Below are positions 8,901 through 19,400 of a DNA stretch of 47,400 bases, piece after piece; position 1 is the first letter of the stretch, and every line of letters starts with the position of its first letter. Position numbers and translations under genes: made by a program. Below the pieces are notes generated by a model that was not told where the DNA came from, ran no database searches, and saw only the letters and a program-made list of their open reading frames with translations. Origin of the DNA: Rudaea sp. (lineage in GTDB: Bacteria > Pseudomonadota > Gammaproteobacteria > Xanthomonadales > Rhodanobacteraceae); the NCBI GenBank assembly GCA_035703725.1, contig DASSXQ010000092.1:1-47400 (forward strand). The letters are read 5' to 3'.

Positions 8901-9805
8901 CTGATATCGGCGTCTTGCAGCCGTGCTTTGGCTTGTCGAGCCGCACCATCGAACAATTCTTGCGCCGCATCTTCACGATCAAATTGTTTGCTTACTGCCA
9001 GCGCGCCATCGCGGGTGTGCGCAACTTGCGTCCAGCAATGCACGACAACGGTTGCTTGCGCGGGAACCTCGATGTAACGGCGCATGCTCAATACCGGATC
9101 AAGCACACACCCACTGCTGTTGCCGAGCGCGACACCTGGCTGCATTGCCCGAGCCGAGCGCAAGGTATGCCCGCGACCGAGAAACAACGCGCGATTTGTT
9201 TCGTATTCGCACGGCGCGCCAGGTTCACCAACCACTTGCATCGCATGCGCAGCCCAAATGGATGGCTCATCGTTCGCGCGCTTGCGCCGGGTGGCAAGAA
9301 GGATGCGATTGCCTTCATCCCATTGCGTCTGCACGAACATCTTGGAAAATGCCGGATGTGCATTGTCCGCGCCCGCAGGGCCCAGCACGAGTTCGGCATA
9401 GCTGGTGATCGACAGCTTGCGTTTGTGATTGCTGTCATTGCGCAACGTGAGGCGGCGCAACTCCCGATCCGCATCCGCCGCAACGGCCACTTCCAAAGTG
9501 CAGCGCAAACCGTGATCCTGGCGCTCGAAGTGCGCAACACCGTCATGGAAGGCAATCCGATCGTCCGGATTCGTTGCCCCGTATGGCTGCGCAGTCGCAG
9601 CCCAGCATTGGCCATGGACTTCGTCGCGCACCATCAAATAGCTGCCCCAGCCATCGCAGACGGGGTCTTCGCGCCAACGTGTGACTGCAAGGTCGCGCCA
9701 TCGGCTGAAGCCCGAACCCGTCGCAGCCAGCAGGACACTGTAACGGCCATTGGACATCAGGCAGTGACGAGCACCATCAAACGTTGCGGACGATATTTCA
9801 GACAT
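5921..9805 (-). CDS. Stand-alone GH94 glycoside phosphorylase (two Glyco_transf_36-type N domains plus catalytic domain), homologous to the Cgs/NdvB C-terminus; probable beta-1,2-glucan/oligoglucan phosphorylase
   Basis: LMSNGRY...SGFSRW...TRWRED, PQPWVNVIANP, YQASGAYGFRDQLQD, GDVQHWW, catalytic GTGDWNDGMN, GVRENAGQYTH, GGWTWYTGSA. No signal peptide or TM helix apparent. Confidence 0.88.
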   Translation of the reverse strand: MSEISSATFDGARHCLMSNGRYSVLLAATGSGFSRWRDLAVTRWREDPVCDGWGSYLMVRDEVHGQCWAATAQPYGATNPDDRIAFHDGVAHFERQDHGLRCTLEVAVAADADRELRRLTLRNDSNHKRKLSITSYAELVLGPAGADNAHPAFSKMFVQTQWDEGNRILLATRRKRANDEPSIWAAHAMQVVGEPGAPCEYETNRALFLGRGHTLRSARAMQPGVALGNSSGCVLDPVLSMRRYIEVPAQATVVVHCWTQVAHTRDGALAVSKQFDREDAAQELFDGAARQAKARLQDADISAQQARQFAHWLDAIMLSDRTRRAAADAIRRGRGGPPTLWGASISGDRPIVLQRVANEDDNAGVEEIFRAQRVWQQQRVGVDVVVLDAQASDTVQEKFAGLVDAQKQRLESDDKLVRASVFLLRDAQISAPLRDGLLCVARLLLGGNAQEINQQSAPSTSTTPSAALRATTPIGNFAELDAADEQGEFANGFGAFVDAGRAYRMVLTQDRCTPQPWVNVIANPTFGFLVSAEGGGYAWSINSQQNPLTPWPNDPVSDIPHEIVYLRDREEGILWSATALPIRVADATYTATHGKGWSRFSNDAHGITIELTQCVPVADTLKISRLRINNRSARTRRLSLTAYVEWALGANGSTPAPFVITARDERTGAIFARNHWRPDFADRVAFFDLGGVQQSSGADRKAFLGELGSVADPAALREAAPLDGRFGAGLDPCGALQTDIDLPPDTQIELRLLLGDAPSESDAQALINKYRTIEFDVVMKQIAEVWDGLLDPVQVQTPNRAMDLMLNDWLLYQVVSCRLWARTAYYQASGAYGFRDQLQDVMALCLSRPDLAREHLLRAAGRQFSQGDVQHWWQPPTGQGIRTRISDDRVWLGFVAMHYVQVSGDAAVLDVAVAFLDGPPVPDGGTDAYFQPTTSNEKVSVYEHCARGLDSSLATGAHDLPLIGTGDWNDGMNAVGAGGKGESAWLGWLLICTIAALAPQAEQRGESQRAQNWKHHADQLRAALEQAWDGEWYRRGYYDDGTPVGSRLSDECKIDSIAQSWSVIADGADNRQHAGKAMESVDQLLVDRQHRLARLFTPAFDRCKENPGYIKGYPPGVRENAGQYTHGAIWSIFAWTKLGDGKRACELFDMFNSIRHSDSAAGAAQFKVEPFVSCADVYSIGELAGHGGWTWYTGSAAWLYRAGVEAILGFHKHADCLRIDPCIPADWPGYRIRYQHRGKQHVSTYEIGVENPHQVCRGVALLELDGKVLAQTDAVVLADDGAIHELRVVLGASG

Positions 9806-9982
9806 GGAACTTTCCTGTCGGCTGAAGAAATTTGCTCATTGCAGCTCGTGACCCGACACGTGCAAAGGCGATCTTTCCATATTCGGCGATGTGCCCGCTC
9901 GTTGCGCAAGCAGGCTGACCCAGGCACACCAGACAACGCCGTGCCATGACGCGGGCAATTGCCCGCGCGCATCACCCAATTC

Positions 9983-10008
9983 GGAACTGCACGGTATGAT
10001 GGTTGTCT
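9983..10008 (+). promoter_or_regulatory. Possible RpoE/AlgU-type promoter for the GH144 gene
   Basis: GGAACT-16 nt-GTCT about 65 nt upstream of ATG 10072. A TATGAT hexamer inside the spacer offers an alternative sigma70 reading. Confidence 0.3.
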
Positions 10009-10071
10009 TGAATTGTTGACACGACTACAGACACCAGACACCCGCATGCGTTCAATGATTGATTTGCCATC

Positions 10072-11376
10072 ATGAATTCCGAGGCGTTTCTGTCCCGCCT
10101 GCAGGCCAAGGCATTCGCCTATTTTCAAGGCGAGGTGAATCCGCTCAACGGCCTGATTGCGGACAAATCGGCAGACAATTGGCCCGCCAGCATTGCCGCG
10201 ATCGGATTGGGTCTGACTGCACTGCCCATTGCGATCGAACGCGGCTTGATCACGCATGCGGATGCGTTGTCGCGCACCTTGACGACGCTGCGGTTTTTTC
10301 GCGACAGCGAACAAAGTGCAGCCGCGGACGCGAGCGGTTATCGAGGCTTTTATTACCATTTCCTCGACATGCGCAGCGGCAGGCGTGCCTGGCAATGCGA
10401 GTTGTCCACGGTCGACAGCGCGTTCCTTTTCGCCGGCATGCTCACTGCGGCCGCCTACTTCAACGGCGATTCGGCCGACGAGCGCGAAGTGGTCGAACTG
10501 GCAGACATGCTTTATCGCCGCGCGGATTGGGCGTGGATGCAAGCCACCGATGGCACCATTTGTCATGGCTGGCATCCCGAACGCGGGTGCATACCGCACA
10601 GTTGGCAAGGCTACGATGAAGGTTTGTTGCTGTATGTGCTGGCCATGGGATCGCCGACACATCCGCTGCCGACCGATGCCTACACCGCGTGGACTTCCAC
10701 TTATGAATGGAAGCACTGCTACGACCTCGACTATCTGTATTGCGGGCCGCTGTTCACGCATCAGTTGTCGCACGTCTGGATTGATTTTCGCGGCATTGCC
10801 GATGCATTCTTGCGCGACAGGAAAATCGATTATTTCGAGAACAGTCGTCGCGCCAGCCTGATTCAGCAACGTTACGCGATCAGCAATCCGCTCGGATTCA
10901 AGAACTATTCGGCGCACTGCTGGGGCATCACGGCCAGCGACGGACCGGGTCCGGGCAGTTGCAAGATCGAGGGAATCCAGCGCGAATTCTTCGGTTACGA
11001 AGGTCGCGGAGCACCCTATGGCATCGATGACGGCACCGTATCGCCGTGGGCTGTTGTGGCCTCCCTGCCATTTGCGCCGGAGATCGTCATGCCGACGCTC
11101 GAACATTTCGTCCACAGTTTGCATCTGCATGACCAGCATCGCTACGGATTCAAGGCCAGTTTCAATCAAACCTGGGTCGACGCCGATGGCAAATCCGGTT
11201 GGATTTCGCCTTATGCGTTCGGCATCAACGTCGGGCCGATCATCGCGATGGTGGAAAATTTCCGCAGTGGCATGCTGTGGAGTCTGCTGCGCAATTGCAG
11301 CCCCATAATTGCCGGCTTGCGCCGTGCGGGCTTCACCGGCGGTTGGCTCGACGCGGCGCCAGCGGCGCGCAACTAA
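10072..11376 (+). CDS. GH144-like (glucoamylase-like/DUF3131) beta-1,2-glucanase, no signal peptide
   Basis: ASIAAIGLGLTA, YRGFYYHFLD, ELSTVDSAFL, WQGYDEGLLLYVLA, GPLFTHQLSH, WGITASDGP, GINVGPI; hydrophilic N-terminus. Confidence 0.85.
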   Translation: MNSEAFLSRLQAKAFAYFQGEVNPLNGLIADKSADNWPASIAAIGLGLTALPIAIERGLITHADALSRTLTTLRFFRDSEQSAAADASGYRGFYYHFLDMRSGRRAWQCELSTVDSAFLFAGMLTAAAYFNGDSADEREVVELADMLYRRADWAWMQATDGTICHGWHPERGCIPHSWQGYDEGLLLYVLAMGSPTHPLPTDAYTAWTSTYEWKHCYDLDYLYCGPLFTHQLSHVWIDFRGIADAFLRDRKIDYFENSRRASLIQQRYAISNPLGFKNYSAHCWGITASDGPGPGSCKIEGIQREFFGYEGRGAPYGIDDGTVSPWAVVASLPFAPEIVMPTLEHFVHSLHLHDQHRYGFKASFNQTWVDADGKSGWISPYAFGINVGPIIAMVENFRSGMLWSLLRNCSPIIAGLRRAGFTGGWLDAAPAARN

Positions 11377-11378
11377 AG

Positions 11379-11398
11379 CGCCACGCACGCGTGGTGCA
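11379..11398. terminator. Hairpin between the convergent GH144 and tkt genes
   Basis: gcgccacgc-ac-gcgtggtgc; no clear U-tract. Confidence 0.3.
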
Positions 11399-11419
11399 TG
11401 CAACCCGCGGCTACGCGGA

Positions 11420-13486
11420 TCACCGCTGCGCCAGCACCTTGCTTGCCTGCGCGCAGACGTTTTCGACATTGAATCCATATTCGTCCATCACCTTGCTGCC
11501 CGGTGCGGAAGATCCGTAGCGATCGACACCGATCACGCCGCCGGCGTCGCCCACATAGCGATGCCACCCTTGCGGACTACCGGCTTCGACCGCCAGCCGT
11601 GCACGCACGCTCGGCGACAGGACGCTTTCGCGGTAGGCTTTCGATTGCGCATCGAACAAATCCCAACTCGGCATCGATACGCAACGCACGCCGACGCCTT
11701 GGCTTGCCAACTTTTCAGCCGCGGCAACGATCAATCCGACTTCCGAACCGCTCGCAATCAGGATCAGGTCAAGCTTTCCGTCGGGCGCATCGCGCAACAC
11801 GTACGCCCCCTTGCGCAGACCGTCGGCGGCAGCGAAACGCTGGCGATCCAGGGTCGGCATCGCTTGGCGACTCAACACCAGCGCAACCGGGCGCGCACGC
11901 ATTTCCAGCGCAACGCGCCAGGCGACCGCGGTTTCATTGGCATCGCCCGGGCGAATCACGCACAGGTTTGGAACCGCACGCAGGCCGGCCAGTTGTTCCA
12001 CCGGTTCATGCGTCGGGCCATCTTCGCCCACGGCAATGCTGTCGTGGGTGAAGACACCGATCAAATGCAATCGCGAAAGCGCGGCGAGACGCAACGATGG
12101 GCGCAGGTAATCGGAGAAAATCAGAAATGTCGCGACAAACGGCACAAATCCGCCGTGTGCGGCAAGGCCATTGCCAATGCCGGTCATGGCATGCTCGCGC
12201 ACGCCGAAGTGCAGATTGCGGCCCGCGTAACTCCAGCCACCGCCGTCGGAACCTTGTTCGTCGGTTGATGCAGCAGGCTTTGGATTGAAATCTCCCAAAC
12301 CTTTCAGCGCGGTTTTGGTTGACGGATCCAGATCCGCCGAGCCACCCACCAGAGCTGGCAAATGCGGTGCGATGGCGTTGAGTACCTTGCCACCGGCTTC
12401 GCGAGTTGCCATGCCTTTGGTATCGGGCGGGAAAGCCGGAATATCTTCATACCAGTTGTCGGGAAATTCCCCGGCCAGGCGCATCTGCAATTGTCTGGCC
12501 AGAATCGGATGCGCACGGACGTATGCCTCCAGTCGTTGCTTCCAGTTGGCTTCGCTTTGCGCACCGCGCGCCATGGCTTGGTGAAAATGCTTTTGTACGG
12601 CGTCCGGAATCAGGAATTCTGGTTCGACTGGCCAACCCAGATTGCGTTTGGTATTTTTCACGTCCGCGACGCCAAGCGGCGAACCGTGCGCCTTGCAGGA
12701 ATCCTGCTCGGGCGACCCAAACCCAATGTGTGTGCGCACCAGAATCAACGATGGGCGCGTCACATCGTCACGTGCTTCGCGTAACGCCGCGTCAATGGCG
12801 TGCAGATCGTTGCCATCGTCCACATGAATGGTCTGCCAGCCGAATGCACGAAAGCGTTTCGCGCGATCTTCGCTGAAGGTAATAGCCGTGCCCGCGGCGA
12901 GAGTCACGTGGTTGTCGTCATACAGGCAGATCAATTTGCCCAGTTGCAGATGTCCGGCAAGCGAAGCCGCCTCGCTGGATATGCCTTCCATCAAATCGCC
13001 ATCGCTGACGATGGCCCAGGTGTGATGGTCGACGACGTTGTGCTCGTCACGGTTGTAGCACGCCGCCAATTGCGCCTCGCCGATTGCCATGCCTACCGCG
13101 TTGGCCAGTCCCTGACCCAGCGGACCGGTGGTGACTTCCACTCCCGGCGTATGACCGCGTTCCGGATGTCCCGGTGTTTTGCTACCCCATTGACGGAAGT
13201 GTTTGATATCGTCCAGCGAAAGATCGTAGCCGCTCATGTGCAACAGGCTGTACAACAACGCGGACCCGTGTCCGGGTGACAGCACGAATCGATCTCGATC
13301 CGGCCATGCCGGATTGGCGGGATTGCACTTCAGATGTCGCGCCCACAGCACATACGCCATGGGCGCTGCACCCAACGGCAATCCCGGATGCCCGCTGTCG
13401 GCTTTCTGCACCATGTCCACGGAAAGAAAGCGCAGGGTATCGACACATTTCTGGTCAAGTTCGTTGAACATGGCAATGTCCTTCAT
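11420..13486 (-). CDS. tkt: Transketolase
   Basis: [33 protein letters not shown], ThDP motif [25 protein letters not shown]. Start is 13486 or 13471. Confidence 0.97.
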   Translation of the reverse strand: MKDIAMFNELDQKCVDTLRFLSVDMVQKADSGHPGLPLGAAPMAYVLWARHLKCNPANPAWPDRDRFVLSPGHGSALLYSLLHMSGYDLSLDDIKHFRQWGSKTPGHPERGHTPGVEVTTGPLGQGLANAVGMAIGEAQLAACYNRDEHNVVDHHTWAIVSDGDLMEGISSEAASLAGHLQLGKLICLYDDNHVTLAAGTAITFSEDRAKRFRAFGWQTIHVDDGNDLHAIDAALREARDDVTRPSLILVRTHIGFGSPEQDSCKAHGSPLGVADVKNTKRNLGWPVEPEFLIPDAVQKHFHQAMARGAQSEANWKQRLEAYVRAHPILARQLQMRLAGEFPDNWYEDIPAFPPDTKGMATREAGGKVLNAIAPHLPALVGGSADLDPSTKTALKGLGDFNPKPAASTDEQGSDGGGWSYAGRNLHFGVREHAMTGIGNGLAAHGGFVPFVATFLIFSDYLRPSLRLAALSRLHLIGVFTHDSIAVGEDGPTHEPVEQLAGLRAVPNLCVIRPGDANETAVAWRVALEMRARPVALVLSRQAMPTLDRQRFAAADGLRKGAYVLRDAPDGKLDLILIASGSEVGLIVAAAEKLASQGVGVRCVSMPSWDLFDAQSKAYRESVLSPSVRARLAVEAGSPQGWHRYVGDAGGVIGVDRYGSSAPGSKVMDEYGFNVENVCAQASKVLAQR

Positions 13487-13545
13487 TTGTCGCCTCTTCG
13501 CATGGGTACGTCATGCGGATTGGCATTTGCCGCCGGCCGCGAACG

Positions 13546-15192
13546 TCATCCAATCGCGCCATCGACGGTTTTCTGTGCCTGCACAAGTATCGACTGCAGA
13601 TGCTCGGCGTCCTTGAAGCTCTCCGCGTAAATCTTGTAAATCGCCTCGGTGCCGGATGGTCGCGCGGCAAACCAGCCACTGGCCGTGATTGCCTTGATGC
13701 CGCCAATTGCCGCGTCGTTGCCCGGCGCCTTGTCGATCACCTGCGTGATGGGCTCGCCAGCGAGTTGGTCAGTCTCGAGCTGGTCCGGCGTCAATCTTGC
13801 GAGTTTGGCCTTCTGTTGCGGGCTGGCTGCAGCTTCAATGCGGTCCGACCAGGGACGACCCAGTTCGGCACACAATTTTTCGTAGCATTTGCCCGGATCA
13901 TTGCCTTCGCGCGCGGTAATCTCTGCCGACAATAGCGCCGGCACCAAACCGTCCTTGTCGGTTGTCCACGTGCTGCCATCGCGACGCAGCAATGAAGCGC
14001 CCGCGCTTTCCTCGCAACCAAATCCGAGCGAACCATCAAACAAGCCTTCGGAAAACCATTTGAATCCCACCGGCACCTCGTACAGGGTTCGACCCAGACG
14101 CTTCACCACGCGGTCGATGAGTGCGGTGGTAACCACGGTTTTGCCGACAGCCACCTTGTCATTCCAGTTTGGCCGGTGGCGAAACAGGTAATCGACAAGG
14201 ACGCTCAAATAATGATTCGGCTGCATCAAACCGGCGCTGCGCGTGACGACCCCATGGCGATCATGGTCGGTGTCGCAAGCAAACGCGACATCGTATTTGT
14301 CCTTGAGTCCGATCAATCGCTGCATCGCGTACTTCGATGATGGGTCCATGCGAATCTGACCATCCCAGTCGAGCGTCATGAAGGCGAATTGCGGATCGAC
14401 TTCCGTGCTGACCACGATCAAATCGAGTTTGTAGTGCTCGGCAATGGGTTCCCAGTAATGCACGCCGGCACCACCGAGCGGATCCACACCCATCTTCACG
14501 CCGGCCGCGCGGATCAGGTCGAAATCGATGACGTTGGCCAGATCGGCCACGTAGTTGTGCAAGTAATCGTGTTCGTGAACCAGGTCGGATTTGCGCGCCT
14601 TGGTCAGCGCAACGCGCTTGACGCCCTTGAGGTTTTCTTCCAGCAACGCATTCGCACGTTTCTGCACCCAGCCGGTAATGTCGGTATCGGCCGGGCCGCC
14701 GTTTGGCGGGTTGTATTTGAAGCCGCCATTGTCCGGCGGATTGTGCGACGGCGTTATCACGATGCCATCGGCCAGGCCGTGCCGTCGTGCCTTGTTGTAG
14801 CCAAGAATTGCGTGCGACACCGTTGGCGTCGGCGTGAACTCGCCACCGCGGGAAATCAGGGTTTGCACATCGTTGGCAACCAGCACTTCCAGCGCATTGT
14901 CGAAGGCCGGTTGCGACAACGCATGCGTGTCGAAGCCGATGTACAACGGCCCATCGACGCCCTTGCCCTTGCGGTAGTCGCAGATCGCCTGAGTGATGGC
15001 AAGAATATGTGCCTCGTTGAAACTTCGATCAAACGAGCTGCCGCGATGACCTGATGTACCGAACGCAACGCGTTGGGCCGGCACGGATGGATCGGGCTCG
15101 AGGTCGCTGTAAGCAGCAATCAATTTGGCAACGTCGACGAGACTGGATTTCGGAGCCGGTTTGCCGGCGTTGGGATCGATCTTTTGGGTCAT
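13546..15192 (-). CDS. pgm: Phosphoglucomutase (alpha-D-glucose-1,6-bisphosphate-dependent, E. coli Pgm type)
   Basis: [10 protein letters not shown], catalytic ITPSHNPP, metal site [20 protein letters not shown]. Confidence 0.97.
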   Translation of the reverse strand: MTQKIDPNAGKPAPKSSLVDVAKLIAAYSDLEPDPSVPAQRVAFGTSGHRGSSFDRSFNEAHILAITQAICDYRKGKGVDGPLYIGFDTHALSQPAFDNALEVLVANDVQTLISRGGEFTPTPTVSHAILGYNKARRHGLADGIVITPSHNPPDNGGFKYNPPNGGPADTDITGWVQKRANALLEENLKGVKRVALTKARKSDLVHEHDYLHNYVADLANVIDFDLIRAAGVKMGVDPLGGAGVHYWEPIAEHYKLDLIVVSTEVDPQFAFMTLDWDGQIRMDPSSKYAMQRLIGLKDKYDVAFACDTDHDRHGVVTRSAGLMQPNHYLSVLVDYLFRHRPNWNDKVAVGKTVVTTALIDRVVKRLGRTLYEVPVGFKWFSEGLFDGSLGFGCEESAGASLLRRDGSTWTTDKDGLVPALLSAEITAREGNDPGKCYEKLCAELGRPWSDRIEAAASPQQKAKLARLTPDQLETDQLAGEPITQVIDKAPGNDAAIGGIKAITASGWFAARPSGTEAIYKIYAESFKDAEHLQSILVQAQKTVDGAIG

Positions 15193-15344
15193 CGGTTTTC
15201 CCTTGGTTGATTATCGTGTCGCGTCGTGGCGGTGGCATGCGTGGTCGATGCAACAACGCACGCGGCGTTCAAATCGCGCCAACGGCTTGCGCCAAGGCGG
15301 TTGGCGGCACGGGCTTGTGACACACGGCAGCGCAATTGGTTCGA

Positions 15345-16085
15345 TCACGCGCGCGTCGTGGATTCGCGCGCCGCGGATTTGTGCAGCATATCCGCGCGTC
15401 GGCAATTGCGCAGTTCGCCAATGCCGTCGATGACCCGATCCGGCGCCGGATCGATGTGCTGCTGTCCGGCATCTTGCGCGTAGTGTCCTTGACGCACGAA
15501 CACCGTGGTCAAGCGTTCACCCCACTGGCGTTTCATGTCGGCGAGAAGTCGTGGCTTGTCCTCGACCATCACGTAGTGGCTGGCCGGACAATACCTTTCG
15601 ATCGCATCCAGGCAGTGTTGCTTGTGCACGAAAATCAGCACACGTCCCGCCACGGCGTGTTCGATCCCCGCGCGACGGATCTTGCGTGGCTGGAACACGA
15701 TGTCACCATCCGAAACAATGACGACATTCCCCAGGGTGCGCAGATGGGCCACTGTTTCCAATGCATGCGGATACAATCGGTCGGCGAAGGGGTACTCCAG
15801 CAGGAAATGCGCAACGCGCAACAACGCCGGCATTTCCCCGCCATCGGCGTGCACGAATTCGGCGCGAAAACGCTGCAGCGCGCCGAGATAATCGGCATAC
15901 CCGCTTTGCTCGCGCAGTTGTTCGTAAATTTCCCAATACCGATCACGCCAGCGTGCACCAAACGCGAGCTGCAGGTGCGCACCGAGATCTGCGCCAAAGC
16001 GATCATTGTCCAGGAGCGTGTTGTCTACATCGAGCAGGAACGCCAGAGATTCGTCAGGCGCGTCGCCATTGTTCGCCAGAGTCAC
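15345..16085 (-). CDS. HAD-superfamily hydrolase (probable sugar phosphatase)
   Basis: Motif I FLLDVDNTLLDND, IVSDGD, QPRKI, MVEDK, VFVRQGHYA. GTG start at 16085 follows a GAGG that overlaps the upstream ORF stop; start uncertain. Confidence 0.85.
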   Translation of the reverse strand: MTLANNGDAPDESLAFLLDVDNTLLDNDRFGADLGAHLQLAFGARWRDRYWEIYEQLREQSGYADYLGALQRFRAEFVHADGGEMPALLRVAHFLLEYPFADRLYPHALETVAHLRTLGNVVIVSDGDIVFQPRKIRRAGIEHAVAGRVLIFVHKQHCLDAIERYCPASHYVMVEDKPRLLADMKRQWGERLTTVFVRQGHYAQDAGQQHIDPAPDRVIDGIGELRNCRRADMLHKSAARESTTRA

Positions 16086-16095
16086 GGAACCAACC

Positions 16096-16290
16096 TCAGC
16101 GAGGTTTTTTCGACAACCGGCAAGCACTCAGCCAGGCGCGATTAGCTCGCGCCCAGACATTGTCCTGCGTCAGCGGCAACAAGCTGCGATCATCACTGCC
16201 AGCGGATGCCGCACGAGAAACCGGCAATGGTTCGTTTGATTCTCGTCGGGCAGAAATTCTTGCCCGCATGGGAGCGCGAAAATTGTCCAT
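16096..16290 (-). CDS. Small hypothetical protein (64 aa)
   Basis: Strong RBS AAGGAGG 5 nt before ATG; stop overlaps the putative HAD RBS; fills the cgs-HAD gap on the operon strand. Confidence 0.55.
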   Translation of the reverse strand: MDNFRAPMRARISARRESNEPLPVSRAASAGSDDRSLLPLTQDNVWARANRAWLSACRLSKKPR

Positions 16291-16490
16291 CGTGTCCTCC
16301 TTGATTGTCACGCGCAGGCGCACCTGCAAATTTGGCTCGCCTCCCACGCGCCACGTACTACGATACCACCGCAATCCTCATGCCAAGTGAAATTTTCCGG
16401 AAAATGGCGTCTCCATGCGCTTTGCGGACCACAGGAATTGCGAAATAAACGGAACGCCATTCGTGCAGTCGCAAATTGCAAGGTGCAAGT

Positions 16491-19400
16491 TCAGTGCGCC
16501 GCGGCTTCCACAATCACGTCGTGTTCGGCAGCGTCATCGATCAATTCAAGCCAGGCTTGCGTCTGCAATGAACCATCAACCCACACCTGGGTCTGCTCGC
16601 GAACGCCATCGGCTTGGCGCAATTGGATTCGGTAGGACGCCGCGCCATGGCGATAGTCAATTCCCACCGATGGCCATTGCGCGGGCAGGCACGGCGAGAA
16701 TTCGAGTTTGTCCGCGCGCCGGCGCAACCCCAGAATCGATTCCACAATCAAGCGATACATCCATCCGGCCGAACCGGTATACCAGGTCCAGCCACCACGC
16801 CCGGTGTGCGGCGCAACGGCATAGATGTCAGCGGCGATGACGTAGGGTTCGGTTTTGTACACGCCAATCTTCTGCACCGTATCGCCGTGCCGCAGCGGAT
16901 TGATCATGTTCAACAATTCGTTGGCGCGCGCGGCATCGCCGAGCTCGGCAAAGGCCATTGCTGCCCATACGGCCGCATGGGTGTATTGGCCACCATTTTC
17001 GCGCACGCCCGGCACGTAGCCCTTGATGTAACCCGGATCCATCGGCGCCACGTCAAAGGGAGGTTCCAGCAACTGGACCAAGGCATGATCGCGGCGAACC
17101 AGATGTTGATCCAATGCCGCCATGGCCTGCACCCGGCGTTTTGGATCTCCGGCTGCGGACAACACCGACCAGCTTTGCGCGATCGAATCGATGCGGCACT
17201 CGATGTTGGCCGCTGCACCCAACGCCTTGCCGTCATCGAAATATGCGCGCCGATACCATTGCCCGTCCCAGGCATTTTTGTCGATGCTTCCACGCAATCG
17301 CTGCGCGTTGCTGCGACAATGTTCGGCAAAAGCTGCATCGTCCACGCGTTCGGCGACGTCGGCGAAACGCATGAGCACGTCGTACAGGAAGAATCCGAGC
17401 CATACGCTTTCGCCTTTGCCGTGGATGCCGACGTTGTTCATGCCGTCGTTCCAGTCGCCCGAGCCCATCAAAGGCAAGCCGCGCGCACCGAAGCGCAAGC
17501 CGTGCGTGATCGCGCGTTGGCAGTGTTCGTACAGGCTTGCCGTCTCGCCGGATATGGATGGCAAGTCGTACCAGGATTCCTCGTTTTCATTGAGCACGCG
17601 ACCTTCGAGAAAGGCGCTGCGTTGTTCCAGCACGGCCACATCTCCGCTGCATTGGATGTAACGTGCGACGGCCAATGGCAACCACAGATAATCGTCCGAA
17701 CAGCGCGTACGCACGCCACGCCCGGATGGCGGATGCCACCAATGCTGCACATCGCCCTGACGGAACTGGCGCGAGGCACACAACAACACCTGTGCGCGCA
17801 GCATTTGCGGCGCGCAATGCACCAATGCCATCGCATCCTGCAACTGATCGCGAAAGCCCCATGCGCCACCGGATTGCGCATACCCGCTGCGCGCCCAGAT
17901 GCGCGACGCAATGGTTTGGTAGAGCAACCAGCCATTGGCCAGGATATTGAGTGCCGGGTCCGGCGTGTGTATCTGCACCTTGCCCAGGGTTTGTTGCCAA
18001 TGCGCGCGAATGGCATCCAACGCATCGCGCGCCGTACCGGATTTGCGACAACGCAAAATCAGGTTGCCCGCTTCGCGCGCATCGCGCCCCGCGCCGATAC
18101 GGAAAATCAATTCACGCGATTTGCCGATACCCAGCTCGAACGGAACCTGGATGGCGGCACACGGATCCGTGCCCGCGCCAATGCGTCCGGACAAGCGCGA
18201 GCGTTGCAGCGCCGCCGGGCTGCCCAACAGTCCGTTGCGTCCGATGAACTCGGTACGGTCCCCGGTAATCGTGCGGGTTGGATCGTCAACATCGAAAAAG
18301 GCGACGCGGCTGGAAAATTCTTCATTGAACGCGTTGCGTGCCAGCAGCGCGCCACTTTCCGTATCAATCTCGCCAACCACGTGCATGGCGCTCTTCGTGC
18401 GCAGGTCCCCCAGCACCCACTCGATGTAGCCCGTTGCGGACAGCCGGCGCACGGCCGCGGACACGTTGCGCACTCGCAATACACAAAACTTGACCGGCAT
18501 ATCGAGTGCAACATAGACCCACAACTCGCTGTGAATGCCGTTCTGCTCATGCTCGAACACACTGTATCCAAATCCGTGGCGCACGCGATATGGCGTGGTC
18601 CCGCATGCCGGAGCCGGTTGCGGCGACCAGAACTGGCCGGTTTCCTCGTCGCGCAGGTAGAAGGCTTCGCCGGTGGGATCGCAGACGGGATCGTCATGCC
18701 ACGGGCTAAGACGGAATTCGTGTGCATTTTCGGCCCAGGTGTAGGCCGATCCGCGCTCGGAAACCACGCTGCCAAACTGCGGGTTGGCCAATATGTTGAC
18801 CCACGGCAACGGCGTGGGTCGATCGGCGTCAACACTGATGACGAATTCGGTGCCATCGGTCGAGAATCCGCCAAATCCATTGAACAACTGCGTTTGCGCC
18901 TGAATTGCCGATGGCGAATTGTCGCTGTCCGGACTCGCGACTTGCGCAACTTCACTGCGGCTGACGGCGAACCGCGGCATCGATACCGCGATCTGCTCGC
19001 GGCGTTTGACTTGTTCGAGCAACGAGCCACGATCATCATCCACGATGACGCGCGCCGTCGCCATCAACAGCCCGCGATCTTCCGGCGAAATCTGATCGGC
19101 CTGCCGCACGAAAATCCCACCGGGTCGATCCATGATGTTCGGCTCGATGCCGGCCGAAATCAGACCCATGATTTCATCGTGCAGCACCTGACGGTAACCA
19201 CCGCGATCGTCGTTCCAGATGACCAGATCCACGGCCAGCCCTTTCATGCGCCAATAGGCGTGCGCACGCACCAGTTGTCGGGCCAGTTCCAGATTGATCA
19301 CGCTGCGGATTTTCAGCAACACGATGGGCAGATCGCCGGAAATCGCGTAGCTCCACAGACCGGGCTGACTGCATCGATTCGCGGCAATGGTCTGCGCATC

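Noticed and set aside
9757-11478. 573-aa minus-strand ORF; similarly 5954-7276, 36162-37931, 40858-42126 and 44564-45571
   Set aside because: Antisense shadows of well-supported genes (GH144, GH94, S9, xanB, rfbB).
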